NCBI GenBank assembly: GCA_009602735.1
Contig: WELA01001243.1
Location: 62,001 to 84,673 of the forward strand
Direction: 5' to 3'
Length of the DNA stretch: 22,673 nt
Origin: Mesotaenium endlicherianum
Taxonomy: Eukaryota
The translations under genes and the position numbers were made by a program. Under the pieces are notes generated by a model, which saw nothing but the letters and a program-made list of their open reading frames with translations, had not been told where the DNA came from and did not search any database. Of the stretch, positions 19,323 through 22,673 are shown piece by piece; position 1 is the first letter of the stretch; the number at the start of each line of letters is the position of its first letter.

Positions 19323-20235
19323 AGCCGTATGGAAGGCTGACAATTGAGCAGATCTGAATATTTTCTTGCATAGTTTGTAGCATAGACTTCTGAGCGTTTA
19401 CAGGTGTTGCTTCTTACCTTGAACAGCTGTCAGTTTCAACAGCTTGAATTTTGTAAGACTGTCAGGTGTAGGATTGTGGTTTTGTTAGGAGTTATTGTAT
19501 AGCAGTTCTACTATGACTAGGCAACTGAAGATGAGGATTGAGTTTAGGCGCCCTAGGTTAGGTTGGTGCCTCATCTGGCTCATCAACTTTTCCAATGTAT
19601 ATGAAGATGGCTACCTAAATAGGTGAAGTAGTTGTAGTGATTTAATGTGAGGTTGCGTGCCCAATGGAGATTATCCATCATGGCATATAGTGAGAAAGGT
19701 GTGCCTGCTTATCACTATCTCTGTACCTATATTACAGTTTTGAAAAACAAAGGAGCAAATTGCTCTATTCATTCTTTAAGGAGGAGGTGTCTTTGGAACT
19801 TTCATGAAAAGTGGTGCCCATGCTGAACATTTTCATTTATGTCATAGACAACCTTTCTTTCTTCACTACCTCGTCGTGAGGTTTTTCTAGATGTGAGTGT
19901 TGTCCTTGACATGGATGTTACACAGCTTGCTGAACCTGAAGTTTGTATTCAAGTACATCAAAGATTCAAAAAAGGGAATACATATGCTTTTCCCTGATGA
20001 CCTGTCCGTTGGTTGGGCATATGGCAAGTACCTTATTCATATAATATGCACAGTACAAATTTTGAAAGTTGAAGTTGCAAGTTGAGTCAATTGACAAATC
20101 CAACTGCCTAACTGTCGATTTCATTAAAATAGGCAACTAACCATACATTAATGTGTGCCCCAGTATACCTGAAAGAGTGATAACGACTAAATTGTAGAAG
20201 ATGACCCTTGCTGTACAATTAACAAATAGCTGAAA

Positions 20236-21901
20236 TCACGCTATGATCCTTTTGTGCTTGGCATAGAAGATGAGGGAGAAGAAAACAGAGGCACAACCAA
20301 GTCCTGCCACAATCACAACCTGCAGTCACACTATCCACAAATTTGTCAGCAGTCGAGCATACATGCACGCACAACTGGTCTGCTAGAAGCAACATGGCCT
20401 CAGTGGGCAACAACAGCGTATGTATAGCTGAGCCCTACAAGGAGTGGTAAGATTGAGCACAGCTAGTTGCTTCTGCCATGAATGAGTGCATCGACAACAA
20501 ATTCCAAAACGAGGCAATAGCCAAAACCGTGGAGGGCATCTGGACAGAGCAGGCTAACACGACGCAGGGTGATGCGGGCGCACCCATTTGAAGGCACGGG
20601 GTTCATCGTTCCATCTATATGGAATATTCATCCCAAAAATGCCGGCCACGACAGAGTATATGGTGACCACCATGACTGCCAGGTTCAGCACCAGCTCCAG
20701 CTGTTTCACATCAGCCGCCCAAGATAGTCTAAGTCAGCACATAGCATGGGACCACTGGCCACGACTGAAGCAGGGCAGTAGTGCATGGACACACCTTCAA
20801 ATGGAGCAAAAAGCATGTGAATGATAGGACCTGGCACAAGTTCTCGTTGTGAAGACAGAAAATGAGACTATGCCAGAGGACGAGGCCACAATGATTGACA
20901 AATACCCCACGCGGGCAGTCTTCAGCCGCCCAACACGTGCTCCTCCAATATGTATCACAGAGCAAGTGAGAGCGTGTGCTACACATGCCCGGCATAAGCT
21001 GATCCCTACCTACCTGAATGAGTTGATTGCGGTGGTTGTCGAGCTGCGCACGCAAGACAGTAGAATGCCCACGAGACGACCACATCGTCAAAAGAAGTTC
21101 TTGCCTCCTACAAACCCGGCTGCATTGATCCTTTCAAGCCAAAGAGCAAGGGACACCACAAAAAAGCAGAACACAAGGACAAATCTCCCAAGAAAAAAAA
21201 CTCATATACCGTTCTACAGCGGAGCCCTCACCTCTGGCGATAATTTACACAGCAAAAGAAGACAATGTTTTGACTACCCTTCATGCCAGACCTCAGCAGG
21301 AAAAGGCGTGGAGGGCACATCAAGCACATAGAAGCGCCTTTCGAAGCGGCAGAGCAGGCCAATCCACATACTCTTTGTGGGCATTGAGGGCACCAGCCAT
21401 TAGCAGGTGCGGAGGTCAGACATGAGAGCAGGGGAGGTCTTGGATCAGAGTCACACCTGGATGTTGATGTAGTCCTCTGTGTCGTCGATATACTCGCGCA
21501 ACTGCCTCCCATCACAAGCCACACGAATGCAGCGTCAAGGCGTAGGCTCCGCAACAACGCGAGAGACCAAGCACATGGACACGTATACATACATATGTAT
21601 ACATACACACACACACACACACACTGATACACATACATATATATGTATATATGTATATGTATATGTACATATATCAGGATTTATTGCAATACTAACACAC
21701 TCCGACGCGGGTGACCAAGCAGATACATTTATCATCTGTTTCCTTGCAGCAATAGACAGGTGGGCACAATGGCGAGCGGCATCGCCGGGACAACCAAAGA
21801 CAGCCCCACAGCTAGAGCAAGGGAGCAGCGCGGCCAGGGGCCAGCTCATCGCTCACCGCATTGAGCTTGTTCAGCGTGCCGTCCACTTGCGTGAAGTATG
21901 C
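20236..21901 (-). CDS. MRS2: MRS2/CorA-family magnesium transporter, 3' part; complement exons 21857..21901, 21457..21501, 21014..21043, 20584..20700, 20236..20319; upstream exons not found in window
   Basis: Spliced translation AYFTQVDGTLNKLNA|LREYIDDTEDYINIQ|LDNHRNQLIQ|LELVLNLAVMVVTIYSVVAGIFGMNIPYRWNDEPRAFKW|VVIVAGLGCASVFFSLIFYAKHKRIIA*. All introns are GT-AG and phase 0. The GMN motif ends the first of two hydrophobic helices. Resembles the MRS2-2/MRS2-7 clade. Confidence 0.94.
21578..21673. repeat. Compound (CA)n/(TA)n/TATATG microsatellite in an MRS2 intron
   Basis: Directly visible. Confidence 0.9.
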
Positions 21902-22060
21902 CTGCGCCGCCAGCATGCCAGTAAGTCCGTCGCAAACACCAGCACAAGAGGGACCAGTACAAACCATCAGATCATTACGTGTGCCTGCTCGTCACGCGCT
22001 CTACGAGGACACCATGTCGGCCGACCAGCAAATACTACCTCCAGCCATCCGTAAACCAAA

Positions 22061-22082
22061 CACCCCCCCCCACCCCCCCCCC
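22061..22082. repeat. Interrupted poly-C tract (poly-G on the MRS2 sense strand)
   Basis: Directly visible. Confidence 0.85.
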
Positions 22083-22673
22083 GGGTACGTCGAGCAGCTA
22101 GCCGATTTTAAATGGCTTTGAGGACCAACAGGGACAAGGCCTACACACGCAGCAATCAGAACCGAGGAGCATCGATGAAGCTCAATGGTGGTTGCAGAGG
22201 AGACGCACGGTGACAAGCTTGCACACCATGTCGCAGCTGTCACTGGCCGCCCACAGCGTCAGCCCGTTTGTGGGAGGAGCGGGGTGGACAAGCACAGGAA
22301 AGGCCTGGTGCATGTGGGAGGAAAAGCCAGCCTCACTCTTCTTCCTCGACATCTTCTACTCCTTCTGGGCCCTGCTGACCTGCTACTGTTGGTCAGCCAA
22401 ACGTATGGGCCTGCTGCTGCTGTCTCGCACTTCAGTTCGCAACGTCATCAAGCCCCACAATTCCACCACCGAATGCCTTCTATCGCACAGCAGCACCTAA
22501 GCTCCCCTAAAAGGCATCCATGAGGCACAACAGCAAGAGGCGCGTTGAAGAGACCGAGAAAGAGGGGGGAGCGGCAAGCCGCGGGCCGCGAGGGGGATTG
22601 GGAGCGAAGGGTGTGGAGGGGCCAACCACAAGGGGCCAAGAGAAGGAAGAAAGGGGGCAAGGGGGAGGGGGAG

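Noticed and set aside
22333..22353. Minus-strand DVEEEE* as the missing MRS2 exon
   Set aside because: Followed by a stop instead of MLLE, and another in-frame stop lies shortly upstream.
20588..22523. Plus-strand ORFs of 78-191 aa
   Set aside because: Antisense to the MRS2 exons and introns, low complexity, no recognisable domain.

Overview
Eukaryotic DNA, most likely from a non-seed land plant (bryophyte/lycophyte-like; inferred, not established). The left ~17 kb is nested transposon sequence. It begins with the 3' end of a decayed Ty3/Gypsy element whose integrase ends in a PHD finger (1-~1590). An old ~0.5-0.7 kb repeat family (Z) occurs in five copies, and a very old chromovirus fragment lies at ~3900-4220. 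A structurally complete but coding-defective chromovirus spans 5950-12336: 943-bp LTRs about 97% identical by hand count, CATGT TSD, tRNA-iMet PBS and PPT. This element has no recognisable gag, carries an unrelated ORF in the gag position, and has lost the RT catalytic core. Both LTRs contain an antisense tRNA-like A-box/B-box pair and many palindromes. A stack of MITE/foldback elements (14.4-17.0 kb) precedes two convergent host genes: a two-exon soluble DGAT3 (17808-19322, +) and the last five coding exons of an MRS2/CorA Mg2+ transporter (21901-20236, -), whose 5' part was not found in the window. Single Ns at 2949 and 13409, both at microsatellite edges, may mark assembly joins.
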